From Promethearchaeota archaeon (GTDB lineage Archaea; Asgardarchaeota; Lokiarchaeia; Sigyniarchaeales; SOKP01): a DNA stretch of 64,000 bases. Positions 1 to 10,614 of this stretch are shown piece after piece; positions within the stretch are counted from its first letter, which is position 1; every line of letters starts with the position of its first letter. The position numbers and the translations under genes are program-made. The notes below the pieces were generated by a model. The model ran no database searches. It had not been told where the DNA came from and saw only the letters and a list, made by a program, of their open reading frames with translations. The DNA lies in assembly GCA_016840165.1 (NCBI GenBank), contig JAEOSU010000080.1, positions 64,001 to 128,000 of the forward strand. The letters run 5' to 3'.

Positions 1-1550
1 AGTCCAGCTAACATATAAGCTTCTAAGGTTGGATCATTAATCTGAGCCGAATTTGAAGACGAATAATTAGCCATTAATGAATTGACATAGTTGCTTGGAT
101 CATTATAGTCTGGCATCCATCCAATAAACCATATTTGTAATGCATTCCATCCTCTTAATCCAGGATAGCCTTCGGCAGTTAAATCTCTGTTATACAGACG
201 GTCAAGATATGGATCCCATTCTTGGCCAGCATCTTCCACATTAATTCCGATATAACTGAAATCATTTTCAAGTAATACTAACATATCTTCTCGGAATTTA
301 TTTCCTAGATTATATGTGAAGTTTACCGTCAAGAAGGGGGTACCTGATTCGGCAACAGCAATCCATTCTGCATCTGTGGTAAAGCCTACTCCAAAGCCCA
401 TTTGGGTCATAAAACTTCTTGCCTTAGTAAGGTTTAAGACTGGTACATCAAATGACCAATCGGCATATTGAATTCCTAATGGGATTGGTGACTTTAACCT
501 TACTGCTTCGCCTTCCAAGAGCTCCTCGATCATATAATCATAATCAATTGCCCAGGACATCGCGCTTCTCCATGTTTTATTTATCATTAGATTATTGAAA
601 CCTAAATATTGGGTTATAGTACCAGGTCCAGCCTCGTACAGATCAATATTAGGTTCGGCTCTCATAGTATCATAGTAAGAGGGATGAGGTGAGTCTAGAA
701 TATTAACATCTCCGGCTAAAAGTGCATTATTTCGTGCATCCGAATCTTGAATAACGGAGAAGAATAACTCTTCTACTGCACCAGCGCCTCTCCAATAATC
801 GTCATTTCGTACAAATTTGGCTTCTACTCCCGCAATATAATATTGGAATTTCCAAGGTCCGGTTCCTGAAACTGTCTCGGCAGTAGCTCCAGACATACCT
901 TCACTGATGTAATCATCAGCTGGGGTAATACTTGGATCTAACATCATCGACGCAGTAAAGGTCATAAGAGGTAAGAACACACCATATGGTTTGTTCAATA
1001 CGAATTTGACGGTATACTCATCAATAATTTCTGTATGGTTTAAAACAGAAGTTCCATCAGGCCACTGATAGAGACATGTTATAATAGACTCACCATAGAC
1101 GGTGGATCCAAGACCAGATCCAGGTTGAGCACCGGTTAAGTTCGTCAGATAGAGTAACCTATCCATCGAGAATTTAACTGATGTGGCGTTAAAATGATAA
1201 CCAGTGTGAAAATCTACGTCTTGTTGAAGGGTTACCGTAAGGTTGGCACCACTCCAAGTACCAAAATCCATTGCTAGTCTTGGAATCATCGGTACATCTG
1301 GATGGCTTAAGTTATAGGCCCATAAGCCTTCCCAGACTTGATAGGCGTAATCGAATGAAGCACTATCCCACATATACTGTGGATCTGAATCAGCAGGACC
1401 GTACATTGTTCCAAATATGATATTGGAAGGAAATTCTGGTGGTAGTATTTGGAGACCTAATTGTACTCCAAAAATTATGTTTCCGACACCAGATGCAACT
1501 AAAGCAATAGCAAGGACTATAATTGCTACGTTCTTTTTTTCCATTTCCAT
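1..1550 (-). CDS. ABC transporter substrate-binding protein, family 5 (peptide/nickel type); runs off the left window edge
   Basis: Not in the ORF track because there is no stop in the window. Manual translation from ATG at 1550 gives MEMEKKNVAIIVLAIALVASGVGNIIFG... (N-terminal membrane anchor), then DPQYMWDSASFDYAYQVWEGL, IPRLA, DFHTGYHFNATSVKFSMDR and GTGPWKF, which are SBP family 5 motifs. Confidence 0.88.
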   Translation of the reverse strand, partial: MEMEKKNVAIIVLAIALVASGVGNIIFGVQLGLQILPPEFPSNIIFGTMYGPADSDPQYMWDSASFDYAYQVWEGLWAYNLSHPDVPMIPRLAMDFGTWSGANLTVTLQQDVDFHTGYHFNATSVKFSMDRLLYLTNLTGAQPGSGLGSTVYGESIITCLYQWPDGTSVLNHTEIIDEYTVKFVLNKPYGVFLPLMTFTASMMLDPSITPADDYISEGMSGATAETVSGTGPWKFQYYIAGVEAKFVRNDDYWRGAGAVEELFFSVIQDSDARNNALLAGDVNILDSPHPSYYDTMRAEPNIDLYEAGPGTITQYLGFNNLMINKTWRSAMSWAIDYDYMIEELLEGEAVRLKSPIPLGIQYADWSFDVPVLNLTKARSFMTQMGFGVGFTTDAEWIAVAESGTPFLTVNFTYNLGNKFREDMLVLLENDFSYIGINVEDAGQEWDPYLDRLYNRDLTAEGYPGLRGWNALQIWFIGWMPDYNDPSNYVNSLMANYSSSNSAQINDPTLEAYMLAG

Positions 1551-1767
1551 ATTTTTATCACTTAATATTTGTTATAAATCGATTTATTTTTGCTTAAATT
1601 TTGCGTTAATTATTTTGTTAATTCAAAGGTTTATAAGTTTTACTTTTTTTAAAAGCAATGTTGTTTATATTATAAAATAAACAGATAAAGCACAGATAAG
1701 TTTATAAATTTACTTTGATTCTCCAGCCCAGAAAGATTCTATTGAAAAATTAGGAAATAGATTAAAT

Positions 1768-2961
1768 TTGACTATTATTATAAATAAAGAATTATTACTT
1801 GATTCGCCAATAATTAATCATATTCATGCTTTAGCTTTTGATCGATCAGCGGGAAGTACTGGAGAGACTAAAGCTATTAATTATATTCAAAAGGATTTAT
1901 TAGGTGAAAACATCAATTCTAAGGTTGAATATTTTTCCTGGAGTACCCCTATAAGGATATTAATGAGAACGGTATACTTGATGGCATTAGCATATTTACT
2001 TGTATTTAGATTATTCTTAATTATAGTGGCTTTTTATTTTGGAAAATATTTATTTCAAAAAACAAGGAGATATTCGTTCACACATCGTGAACAATCCAAA
2101 AATGTATTAGTGAAAATTCCAGCGACAAATAAAGAGTCTAAACCATCATTAATAATCTTTTCAGCCCATTATGATTCAATATCTTCACGAATTCCTCGTA
2201 GGATGCAGGTAATTCTCTCACTGATAATTAAATTAATAATCCTTCCATACATGGGCTTATCGATATTTATCTCAGTTTGGTTGGTTTTAAACATTTTTGC
2301 AATAACTGATTTCAATCTTTTATTATTTTATCTTATCACAATATGTTCAATAATCACTTTAAGTGTATTAGTTCCCGGTTTTTTGGTAATATTTTCATCT
2401 AACAAATCGACAGGTTCTATAGACAACGCAAGCGGTGTTTCTATTTTAATGGAATTGGTAAAGAAAGTTAGTGCCAATCCACTCAGAAATTACGATGTGT
2501 TATTCATATGGTTTGGTGCTGAAGAATGGGGATTAAAAGGTTCAAAAAAATTTGTTTCAAAATATAAAAATAAATTTATGAAGAGTTATGATCTTGACCA
2601 TTCAATTCTTATAAATATCGATATGGTCGGATCATATATTGGATTACTTGATAAATATGGAATTATTTCTAAAAATTCAATAAATAAGAATTTAAATCAA
2701 TTGATAGAGAATACAGCAAAAGAATTAAATTTGCCAATTGCAAGGTATGAAAAAAAAATAAAACCAAAAAGTGATTACATACCTTTCAAAAAACTTCAAA
2801 GTAAAACTAGTTTTCAAATAGCTTGTTTTCATTCTGATAAAGATTCTATATATATTCATTCAAAAAGCGATACTCCAGATAGATGTTCAAATGAAATTTT
2901 AAATAATTGTTTAAAGATATGCTATAGAACCATTGAGCATCTTGATGCTAGGAGATCGTGA
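1768..2961 (+). CDS. Membrane-embedded M28-family zinc peptidase
   Basis: SAHYDS, DNASG, AEEWG, NIDMVG and C-terminal H-x-x-x-D motifs, with hydrophobic helices inserted in the domain. TTG start is uncertain. Confidence 0.85.
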   Translation: MTIIINKELLLDSPIINHIHALAFDRSAGSTGETKAINYIQKDLLGENINSKVEYFSWSTPIRILMRTVYLMALAYLLVFRLFLIIVAFYFGKYLFQKTRRYSFTHREQSKNVLVKIPATNKESKPSLIIFSAHYDSISSRIPRRMQVILSLIIKLIILPYMGLSIFISVWLVLNIFAITDFNLLLFYLITICSIITLSVLVPGFLVIFSSNKSTGSIDNASGVSILMELVKKVSANPLRNYDVLFIWFGAEEWGLKGSKKFVSKYKNKFMKSYDLDHSILINIDMVGSYIGLLDKYGIISKNSINKNLNQLIENTAKELNLPIARYEKKIKPKSDYIPFKKLQSKTSFQIACFHSDKDSIYIHSKSDTPDRCSNEILNNCLKICYRTIEHLDARRS

Positions 2962-3004
2962 TTTTTTAGAAGATATATATTATTTTTCCTCATTTAAATG
3001 AAGA

Positions 3005-3925
3005 TTAAATAATAAAAAGATCAAAATAAAACGACCAAAAGAGTATTATAATTAGGCATGCTCCTGCGATTATTATTCCTTTATCAAAAAAGGCTTTTTC
3101 CGTTCTTCGCGCAATCTCGGGTTTTGATGAGGTTAGATACATATATCGCATGATTATATATAATGAGATTGGAATCGTAAATATCGCAATATATTCATAT
3201 AAATTTACCGTTTCTGGTTCGAGTAGTTTAAATTTTAGGATTAAATACAAGGCATAGGTCATAAATAGAGAGGTTGCGATAATAGTGTGAAATTGATCGA
3301 GAAGTTTAAGAGAATATTGACCATAGATTCTCTTATGTTCGACAGCCTTGTCTTTTCCGAGGTAGATTAGATCTCCTCTTCTTTTAGCGATACTTAAAAA
3401 CATGGCAATCTCGAATATAGCTAAAAATAACCAGGCTGACACATATTCATTGATTAAAGCACAACCTGCTAAAGCTCTCCATAGATATCCACTTGATAGG
3501 ACAAGAATGTCAATAAACGCATAGAATTTAAATACTAGATTATAAACTTGACCGGTTATGATAATCGCAATAAGCATGAAGGCATACATTAAATTTGGAA
3601 CAAAAAGAACTAATCCTAAAATCATAATCAGAGCCAATAGGATCAATATTAAAATAGCTGTGAATTTAGAAACATCTCCAGAGGCAAGTGGTTTTTTTCT
3701 AATTTTTTCTGAATGAATCTTGTCATTTTCGATATCTCGCAGATCATTAACAATATAATTGAATGAAGATGAACAGCATAGCAAGATAAAACCAATTAAG
3801 AGAGAAAAATACAGAGTAAAGTCAAATAATCTTTCACTAAAAAAAATACCTACAAAAATTAACCCATTTTTGTAATATTGCCTAATTCTTAATAGATGCA
3901 AAATATTTCTTAACTTGCTTGCCAT
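3005..3925 (-). CDS. UbiA-family prenyltransferase (decaprenyl-phosphate phosphoribosyltransferase-like)
   Basis: RIRQYYKN start, YIVNDLRDIENDKIH, KPLASG and KRRGD motifs; multiple TM helices. Confidence 0.85.
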   Translation of the reverse strand: MASKLRNILHLLRIRQYYKNGLIFVGIFFSERLFDFTLYFSLLIGFILLCCSSSFNYIVNDLRDIENDKIHSEKIRKKPLASGDVSKFTAILILILLALIMILGLVLFVPNLMYAFMLIAIIITGQVYNLVFKFYAFIDILVLSSGYLWRALAGCALINEYVSAWLFLAIFEIAMFLSIAKRRGDLIYLGKDKAVEHKRIYGQYSLKLLDQFHTIIATSLFMTYALYLILKFKLLEPETVNLYEYIAIFTIPISLYIIMRYMYLTSSKPEIARRTEKAFFDKGIIIAGACLIIILFWSFYFDLFII

Positions 3926-3952
3926 AATAACTTGTTTAAAAGGACATCGAAA

Positions 3953-6484
3953 TTAAACTTTATTAAGGTACATAATCTTCTGGGGCTTTATTCTTTTTTG
4001 AATTATATATCCAATTTTACTGAATAGGCTTGTCTCACGCTTCTTCTGAATTAAGGCAGTTTTGTAATCAAAAGCGATTGCCTCAATAGACTTATACGGG
4101 ATCTCTATAAATTGACCAAAAATATTTTTAACCTTTAAAAAAGCATTATTGTGGTTTTTTACCATTTTAGACGCCTCAGTTTTCAAGGAACTTATGTAAC
4201 CGATTTCAAAGTTGTTTACCGGTTTTTTAAGAAATATTTGAACCCTACATTGTTTTTTAATCAACCAATTTATCATATTAATTTCTGAATCCCTAAAGAT
4301 TCTATCTTTTCCAATGACTATAGAGATGTTCCTTGGCCTAATTATAATATCACTAAGCTTTAAAGATAATGGAGGATTTTCCTCATTAAGTTCCTTATTT
4401 TTCAGTTTTATTTCGATATCATCGTAGTTTTCGTTAATAATTATTCCAGAACAGTAAACAATCTTGATTTTTCCTTTTTCTTTAAAAAATAACTCATTAT
4501 CTTTGTAATCATTTAAAATGTGGACTGAATGTGGCAAGTTCGTATCTTTTATTTTCTTTTTGATGATAGAGTTATCTTTTTTGGCAAAAATATATTTTGC
4601 ATGATTATAGCCCTCATTCAATTCTATATCTTTTAATATAAGAGGAGTTTTATTATCAAGAAAGTATAGGCCATTGATAAGGACTCGAGTTGTTTGATAA
4701 AGTGATGCATTTAGTTTCAATTCTCTTTTATTTTTATTATCATAGACACTTAATAAATCGATTTCACATATATTATTATTAAAAGATACATCCTTCAAAG
4801 TTCCGAAAATAATCTCATTAGTGAGTTTATTTCTAAATAGGAAATCCTTGTTTAGATCAAATTCAAATAAATCCTTTCGATTAAGATTATTGATGTACTC
4901 AGATATTTTTTCGATATTAAAAAATTGAGAGAATTTTTGAGTAGCTATTTGATTAAATATATTTCTTTCTGATTCGAATTTGATACCATATTTTCTAATT
5001 TTTGATTTTTTTAGACAGATTAAAGGTAATAAAGCTTCCTTTGAGGAACTTAGATTCTCTCCTAAAATAGCGACCACTCTGTAGTATGTGGGGGGATGAG
5101 AATTCAAAAAATTACTAAGAAGAGAACTACGTGATGGTTTTACTAATGAAGAGTGTATATATTCTGCAGTTTCTATATAGTTTAAGATTTGATGTTCTTT
5201 ATTTATCTTTTCATCACACAATAACATCGTATTTAAGCCAATTTGTCGCCCTGTTGCATAAAAACTCTCTAAATTATAGAGTGCTTTGACTAATTCTTTC
5301 CCATAACCCCTTTTTTTCGCATACTGGTCCGCATTTCCTTCTAAAAATCTTACAAAAATATATATCAAAATATAAATCGCAATATTAACAATAATAAAAC
5401 CGAAAAAGGGAATTTGGGGGTTTCCAAAGGTATAATCATAGAAGGTTGCAGGAAAACCCAACAACATCCTAATTATCAAATCAACACAAGTAATTGTGGT
5501 TAATATTAAGGTATGATTTTTCTTGGAATGAGCAAATTCGTGAGCCACAATTCCTTTAAGCTCATCTTTAGGAATTTGGGATTCATTCTCGGCAATTATA
5601 GCGATTCTTCTATCTAAAAACGATCCATATGCCATAGCATTTAAAATAGGATATTTTCCTATTCCTATTTTTACATTTTTTTTAATTCCCATATGATTTT
5701 TAACTGAATTTATTAAAGAAATTAAATTTTCATCCTTTATTGCCTTAATCCCTAGTAGTTTATCCAAAATTGGTCCTGAAGCAAAATATATTAGCCAATT
5801 CACTATAATCAAAACAAAATAGATGTTAAAAAATAAATCGAGTAGATTAAAATTAGAAAAATCGAGAGGCTTTTGATTGATGAAGTTCAAGGGGGTATAT
5901 TGGTTGATAAATACAACTGCTAGCCATGCTATTATATAAAGTAAGAGAGTCAAATATTCCGGTGACATAAACCTCCAAATAACTATATATCTTCGTCCAA
6001 ATAAGATAAATCCTAAACCTAAAATCACCCAAAAAGAGAATGAGAATGATGTATTAAAGATAAAAGGATTTTGGAGGTAAGAAGATATAATACCAGAAAT
6101 AAAAATTAGATTATAGGTAACTAAAGAGATAATTAATAGTTTATTTAGAACTGGATAATCTTTAAGTTCAAAAATTCCAAACCATAAATATATAGAAAAT
6201 CCTCCAATTAATGAAGTAAATATATCTTTTGTGAAAAAAAAGATTAGAAAGAAAAAGAAAAGGATTGCTACTAAATCACTCATTTCACTTCTTCTTCCCT
6301 GTTTTGACCAACGAAAAATTTCTTCTAGAAAAATAAAATATATAATGAACATTGCGAAAAATGTCCAATCTTGGATAAGAGCTAAAATGTTAGTTAATAA
6401 AAAAAAAATGAATAATGTTGTGAAAAATGAAAAACTTAAAACTAAAAAGATGATGAGTATGATGTATCTACTTATTTTTCTCAA
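3953..6484 (-). CDS. M48 (HtpX/Ste24-like) membrane zinc metalloprotease with long N- and C-terminal extensions
   Basis: NAMAYG, VAHEFAH (HExxH), EGNAD and SHPP motifs. Confidence 0.82.
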   Translation of the reverse strand: MRKISRYIILIIFLVLSFSFFTTLFIFFLLTNILALIQDWTFFAMFIIYFIFLEEIFRWSKQGRRSEMSDLVAILFFFFLIFFFTKDIFTSLIGGFSIYLWFGIFELKDYPVLNKLLIISLVTYNLIFISGIISSYLQNPFIFNTSFSFSFWVILGLGFILFGRRYIVIWRFMSPEYLTLLLYIIAWLAVVFINQYTPLNFINQKPLDFSNFNLLDLFFNIYFVLIIVNWLIYFASGPILDKLLGIKAIKDENLISLINSVKNHMGIKKNVKIGIGKYPILNAMAYGSFLDRRIAIIAENESQIPKDELKGIVAHEFAHSKKNHTLILTTITCVDLIIRMLLGFPATFYDYTFGNPQIPFFGFIIVNIAIYILIYIFVRFLEGNADQYAKKRGYGKELVKALYNLESFYATGRQIGLNTMLLCDEKINKEHQILNYIETAEYIHSSLVKPSRSSLLSNFLNSHPPTYYRVVAILGENLSSSKEALLPLICLKKSKIRKYGIKFESERNIFNQIATQKFSQFFNIEKISEYINNLNRKDLFEFDLNKDFLFRNKLTNEIIFGTLKDVSFNNNICEIDLLSVYDNKNKRELKLNASLYQTTRVLINGLYFLDNKTPLILKDIELNEGYNHAKYIFAKKDNSIIKKKIKDTNLPHSVHILNDYKDNELFFKEKGKIKIVYCSGIIINENYDDIEIKLKNKELNEENPPLSLKLSDIIIRPRNISIVIGKDRIFRDSEINMINWLIKKQCRVQIFLKKPVNNFEIGYISSLKTEASKMVKNHNNAFLKVKNIFGQFIEIPYKSIEAIAFDYKTALIQKKRETSLFSKIGYIIQKRIKPQKIMYLNKV

Positions 6485-6551
6485 ATAAAAGACCAGATAA
6501 ATTTAAAATATATTCAAATCAATTTATTAAAGTATCGAGAAAATTTTAATT

Positions 6552-7913
6552 TTAATTTTTCAATTTCATAGCATTAATTTCCTTCCAAAAATATCGAATT
6601 GTTAAGTAATACCAAATCAGTAAAACAGGAATTACAAGGAGAAAAGATATTACTAGATTAGTAGGAATAATTACCCCAAAGAGGTTAAAATTTAAAAAAT
6701 CAATTGGCATGATTACTAAATCTATAAAAAATAATAAAAGGCATAAGGCAGCTAAAAGAATTATCATTAATATGACAACTCCTCGAATTTGAGGATATTT
6801 TAGCAGTAAGATGATGGTGAAAATTCCAAAAACTGTAGTTACTATCAAAATTATATATATATTGATAATTCCTATGCTCCATGACATCAAAAACGTAGCA
6901 ATTATCGAAAAAAACCCGCATATAATTGAAATAATATAGAGATTATTAACCAGATGATTTTCCTTTAACGGCCCTCTTGCTAGGATTAACCGTGGTAAAG
7001 TAAGTGGTGCCTTTCTATGATCGGATGCCTTAATAGTATCATCTTTTAACAATATGATATCACTTTCTTTATCTTGGATATCTGAACTTTCGAAAAAACC
7101 TTTAAGCGAATAGAGAACGTAAAAACTATTAAAAACGTGAATTAAAACCGCGCAAAAAACAGCTGCTTCGAGTGAGGCAAATAAAGCGATACATGCTAAA
7201 ATGGATCCCATTGCTAGTGTTCCAACATCACCTGGAAAAATCTTTGCAGGATATTTATTGAATATAAAGAAGGGAGCTATTACACTAATAGCACCTATGG
7301 TAAATATTATTGCCTCAGCAGAATTCCAAAGCAAACCACAAATGAATAAAAATATCAAAGCAATAAGACATGAACCCGAACCCTCACCATTATAGCCTTC
7401 TAACATGTTTACAGTATTCGCAAAAATAGCTATAATTAGTGGAACTAATAGTGGATAAATTACAGTTAATCGTAACTGACCTAAAAATGGTATAACCGGG
7501 GATTCAATTTCTATAAATCTATAAAAATTTGCTATGAAAATTATCACTCCCGTAAGAAGGGTTAACATAATCTTATAACGGGAACGTAAACGAATTCTAT
7601 CATCAATAAACCCTATAATTCCTGATACAATGACAGTTAAACAAAAAATTAAGATCTCATTGAAGAACTCCGGAAAAAAAATCATAAGAAAGATTGACAC
7701 AATAGAGAAGCCAAAAACGATACTAATTCCTCCAGATTCAGCAACTTCTGGCTTTGAGTTTTTATGGATGTCATAACCAATAAAATTTTTCTTTTTCATG
7801 AATCTTATTATAAATGGTATCAAAAAGTAAGTTATTATAAATCCGATGAAAAATATTATACCTAAGTTTAAAATTTCTATAAAGCCCCAGTTTAATTCAT
7901 CTAATCGAACCAT
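6552..7913 (-). CDS. aglH: UDP-GlcNAc:dolichyl-phosphate GlcNAc-1-phosphotransferase (AglH/Alg7/MraY family)
   Basis: GYDIHK-x-x-KPEVAESGG, GFIDD, NTVNMLEGYNG and FNKYPAKIFPGDVG motifs typical of the GPT/Alg7 branch. Confidence 0.82.
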   Translation of the reverse strand: MVRLDELNWGFIEILNLGIIFFIGFIITYFLIPFIIRFMKKKNFIGYDIHKNSKPEVAESGGISIVFGFSIVSIFLMIFFPEFFNEILIFCLTVIVSGIIGFIDDRIRLRSRYKIMLTLLTGVIIFIANFYRFIEIESPVIPFLGQLRLTVIYPLLVPLIIAIFANTVNMLEGYNGEGSGSCLIALIFLFICGLLWNSAEAIIFTIGAISVIAPFFIFNKYPAKIFPGDVGTLAMGSILACIALFASLEAAVFCAVLIHVFNSFYVLYSLKGFFESSDIQDKESDIILLKDDTIKASDHRKAPLTLPRLILARGPLKENHLVNNLYIISIICGFFSIIATFLMSWSIGIINIYIILIVTTVFGIFTIILLLKYPQIRGVVILMIILLAALCLLLFFIDLVIMPIDFLNFNLFGVIIPTNLVISFLLVIPVLLIWYYLTIRYFWKEINAMKLKN

Positions 7914-8013
7914 TTTTATTTATCCATTTAGAAATTTAAAGTAACAATAAAGAGAAGAATATTTGTTGTTATTAAATATTTTTTCTTCGATAGAAAAGTG
8001 AATAAATAAAAAA

Positions 8014-8086
8014 TAGCCCGGCACGGATTCGAACCGTGGTCACGGGGTTCAAGGCCCCAGATGCTTGGCCACTACACCACCGGGCT
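8014..8086 (-). tRNA. tRNA-Gln (anticodon UUG), no intron, CCA not encoded
   Basis: Reverse complement folds as AGCCCGG TG GTGT AGTGGCCAA GCAT C TGGGG CCTTGAA CCCCG TGAC CACGG TTCGAAT CCGTG CCGGGCT A. It has the A1:U72 pair typical of archaeal tRNA-Gln. Anticodon at 8050-8052. Confidence 0.93.
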
Positions 8087-8101
8087 TTCATAAAGCTAAA
8101 C

Positions 8102-8731
8102 TTAATTCTGGAGGTTAAAAGGTTTTAAATCTTGTTTAAAAAATCCTTTATGTAATAAATTTTTATTGGTTTTTAGGAATTCTATTTCTAATTCTTTATC
8201 TCGATATTCATCTGGTAGCATTTGTGGAATAGTATCGATTATAGGAAACCATCGTTTACATTCGGGACAAAGCAATACCCCTGTTTCAATCTCAATTTCG
8301 AATTTAAATTTATTAATAATAACCAATTCTGGTAATAGAGCATCCAAATTATTTTCTGTTGAATTTTGAATTGATGTTTTTAATTTATTATAAATAGTAG
8401 TTCTGATATAATTTAGTAGAGTTTTGCTACTTTCAATTCCAGAGAGATCATGTATATTTTCCAATTCATCAAGACTTTGTTTAATCAGTTTAAGATATGA
8501 AATTAGTGGTGTTTTCTCCAATACAAGATTATCTTGAAGATATATTATTCCATCAACGGTAGAAATTTTGATTACATTTTCTGATTTAAGTTTTTCAAGG
8601 TTTCTATCTTGTATAGTCTCTAACATCGAGGTGAATTTGTCAATTCTAGATTCATAAGAAAAGATATATAACTCTAAGGGATACTGTTTATCAATTGGAC
8701 AAGCTAATATATCAAATAACCATGGCTTCAT
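8102..8731 (-). CDS. trm112: Trm112-family methyltransferase activator with large helical insertion
   Basis: N-terminal [11 protein letters not shown] and C-terminal [25 protein letters not shown], the two halves of the Trm112 zinc-binding domain, flanking a >100-aa insert. Confidence 0.85.
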   Translation of the reverse strand: MKPWLFDILACPIDKQYPLELYIFSYESRIDKFTSMLETIQDRNLEKLKSENVIKISTVDGIIYLQDNLVLEKTPLISYLKLIKQSLDELENIHDLSGIESSKTLLNYIRTTIYNKLKTSIQNSTENNLDALLPELVIINKFKFEIEIETGVLLCPECKRWFPIIDTIPQMLPDEYRDKELEIEFLKTNKNLLHKGFFKQDLKPFNLQN

Positions 8732-8757
8732 TCATTTTCTCCCATAAAATGGATATT

Positions 8758-10614
8758 TTATAATAGATAGCTACGTAATTGTTGAATTATCCTATCGATT
8801 GTTCTATCAATCTTTTTTCTTCTTCTATCGAAATCTGTCGATAATTTTTCGTATGCGGCTTTTGAGGGTAATCGTCCTCTTTTATACCGCGTTTCTAATA
8901 AGTTTAAACTATCATCTACGCTAATCCTTTCTGCATCTAAAACATCCAATTTCTTTATTAGGTTTTCGAAAGTTTCATTAGTGTCCATAAGGACTTTTTT
9001 GAAAGGTAATAATTCTTGTTTTATTTGTTCAATTTTTAGAGTATTTTTGGATAAGATATTGCTATAAGTTTTTTTAGCCATTTTTTTACTTTTTGCTGCT
9101 TGTTCAGCTCTTCGAATTTCCAATGATAATGCATTTTTTTCATCATATAATGAACAAAATTCACGTATCTCACTGAATGGAATGAATTCTCCTCCAAGTT
9201 CACCTTCTATTTCTTTTCTTTTTCGAGTTTTAATAATTACAACATATAGGGACATTATTAAAGCAATAATTAGTATAAGTATCAAGGGGCGAAGTAATAA
9301 ATTAAAAATATCTATTGAAAAAGTGAACTGTACCATAAATCTTTCTATCGGACTTTTATTTTCGGAAATATAAGTTAAAATCGTTGACCCTCGTGATTGT
9401 TGTATAGCATAAGGATCTGTGGAGATAAATACTAGATCATTACACCCTTCAATGACTAGATGCACGTTTTCTTCGAGAACGTAAAATTCATGGGTTGTGG
9501 TATATAAATTTATCTTAATTGATTGCTCAAACCAGTTTATTGAGCTATAATCTTCAAAAGGTAATTGGTATTCTAGCATAAACTTGTATTTAGAACTGGG
9601 AGAAAGTACCGCCCGGTTTCTAGCCAAATTAATTGAAAATGTTTTGATTTCGGGATTCTCTTCGTTTTCAGTAAAAGTAGATATTTCTAAGTCACCAATA
9701 TCATCAAATACCCGTAAATTTTTTGATAATATTGGAATGTTAATGGAAAGCAATGATATTTGGATAAAACCAATATTTTGGATTAGAATTTCTTCCCTAA
9801 TTCTAATTAAACCCCATGCAGATATGTAAATTTCTCGAGTTACACTTTCAATTTGCATTTTTGTCACATCCATATCCCTAAAAGAAATTGTTATTTCCCT
9901 CTCCTCTTCTTTTAGATTTTCTAAAAAGGGTTCTAAATAATCAAGTTCAAGACTATTAGCTAAATCATATTCATAAATATTATCGGTAATCATATTTCCA
10001 ATGTCCTCAACTTGTTCAAAATCTATTACTTCAGAAGTTTCAGGCATCCGAAATAATGTTCGCACTTCTTTTTCAGTTTTATATGGTAAAATTGGAAAGG
10101 GATTTATCGAATAATCGATATTTTGTTCCGTCGGACCGATATAATAGATAGGAATATTTGCATAGCTATGTGAAAAAGTTATAGTTATGTTTTGTTTTGG
10201 AAAAAGTGGTGTGTCAAAATGTATCATAATCATTTCATTATCATTCATAATCAAATTCGATCTCTCAGAGAGCAATGAATGTTCATTTGAACTCACTGAT
10301 TTAAAATATATCAAATTATCTATTAAATTCAACGGGATGCCAACAAGGATCGAAGGAATTGGATTATTGTAAGTATTTTTTACGGTTAAATCGTCTTCTA
10401 TATTTATTATGCCAGAACCGCTAACTTCAACATTTCTAAGGATAGTAGTAATAATAATATTTTCAGCTCCTTCCAAACCAGATGAGTAATTTAAATCAGA
10501 TATTTCGTCAGTATTAACGCCTTGGTTGCTATTATTGATTTGAAATGGCGTAAGCATAATTAATGTTAGAAAAACAATACTTACAAGTAATATTTTTTTG
10601 TTTTTATACTTCAT
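8758..10614 (-). CDS. Ribophorin I (OST1/RPN1)-like oligosaccharyltransferase subunit
   Basis: Signal peptide, two beta-rich lumenal domains, one TM and a cytosolic helical tail. VTREIYISAWGLIRIREEILIQN matches the ribophorin I R-x-I-x-(V/I)S-x-WG-x-I-x-x-x-E segment. Confidence 0.7.
   Translation of the reverse strand: MKYKNKKILLVSIVFLTLIMLTPFQINNSNQGVNTDEISDLNYSSGLEGAENIIITTILRNVEVSGSGIINIEDDLTVKNTYNNPIPSILVGIPLNLIDNLIYFKSVSSNEHSLLSERSNLIMNDNEMIMIHFDTPLFPKQNITITFSHSYANIPIYYIGPTEQNIDYSINPFPILPYKTEKEVRTLFRMPETSEVIDFEQVEDIGNMITDNIYEYDLANSLELDYLEPFLENLKEEEREITISFRDMDVTKMQIESVTREIYISAWGLIRIREEILIQNIGFIQISLLSINIPILSKNLRVFDDIGDLEISTFTENEENPEIKTFSINLARNRAVLSPSSKYKFMLEYQLPFEDYSSINWFEQSIKINLYTTTHEFYVLEENVHLVIEGCNDLVFISTDPYAIQQSRGSTILTYISENKSPIERFMVQFTFSIDIFNLLLRPLILILIIALIMSLYVVIIKTRKRKEIEGELGGEFIPFSEIREFCSLYDEKNALSLEIRRAEQAAKSKKMAKKTYSNILSKNTLKIEQIKQELLPFKKVLMDTNETFENLIKKLDVLDAERISVDDSLNLLETRYKRGRLPSKAAYEKLSTDFDRRRKKIDRTIDRIIQQLRSYLL

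Noticed and set aside
1417-1680. 87-aa + strand ORF in the track
   Set aside because: Antisense shadow of the ABC substrate-binding gene start plus AT-rich promoter DNA.
1574-1699. 14-bp palindrome ATAAATCGATTTAT and ACAGATAA direct repeat upstream of the ABC binding-protein gene
   Set aside because: Short and AT-rich enough to arise by chance in this composition; cannot be supported without conservation data.
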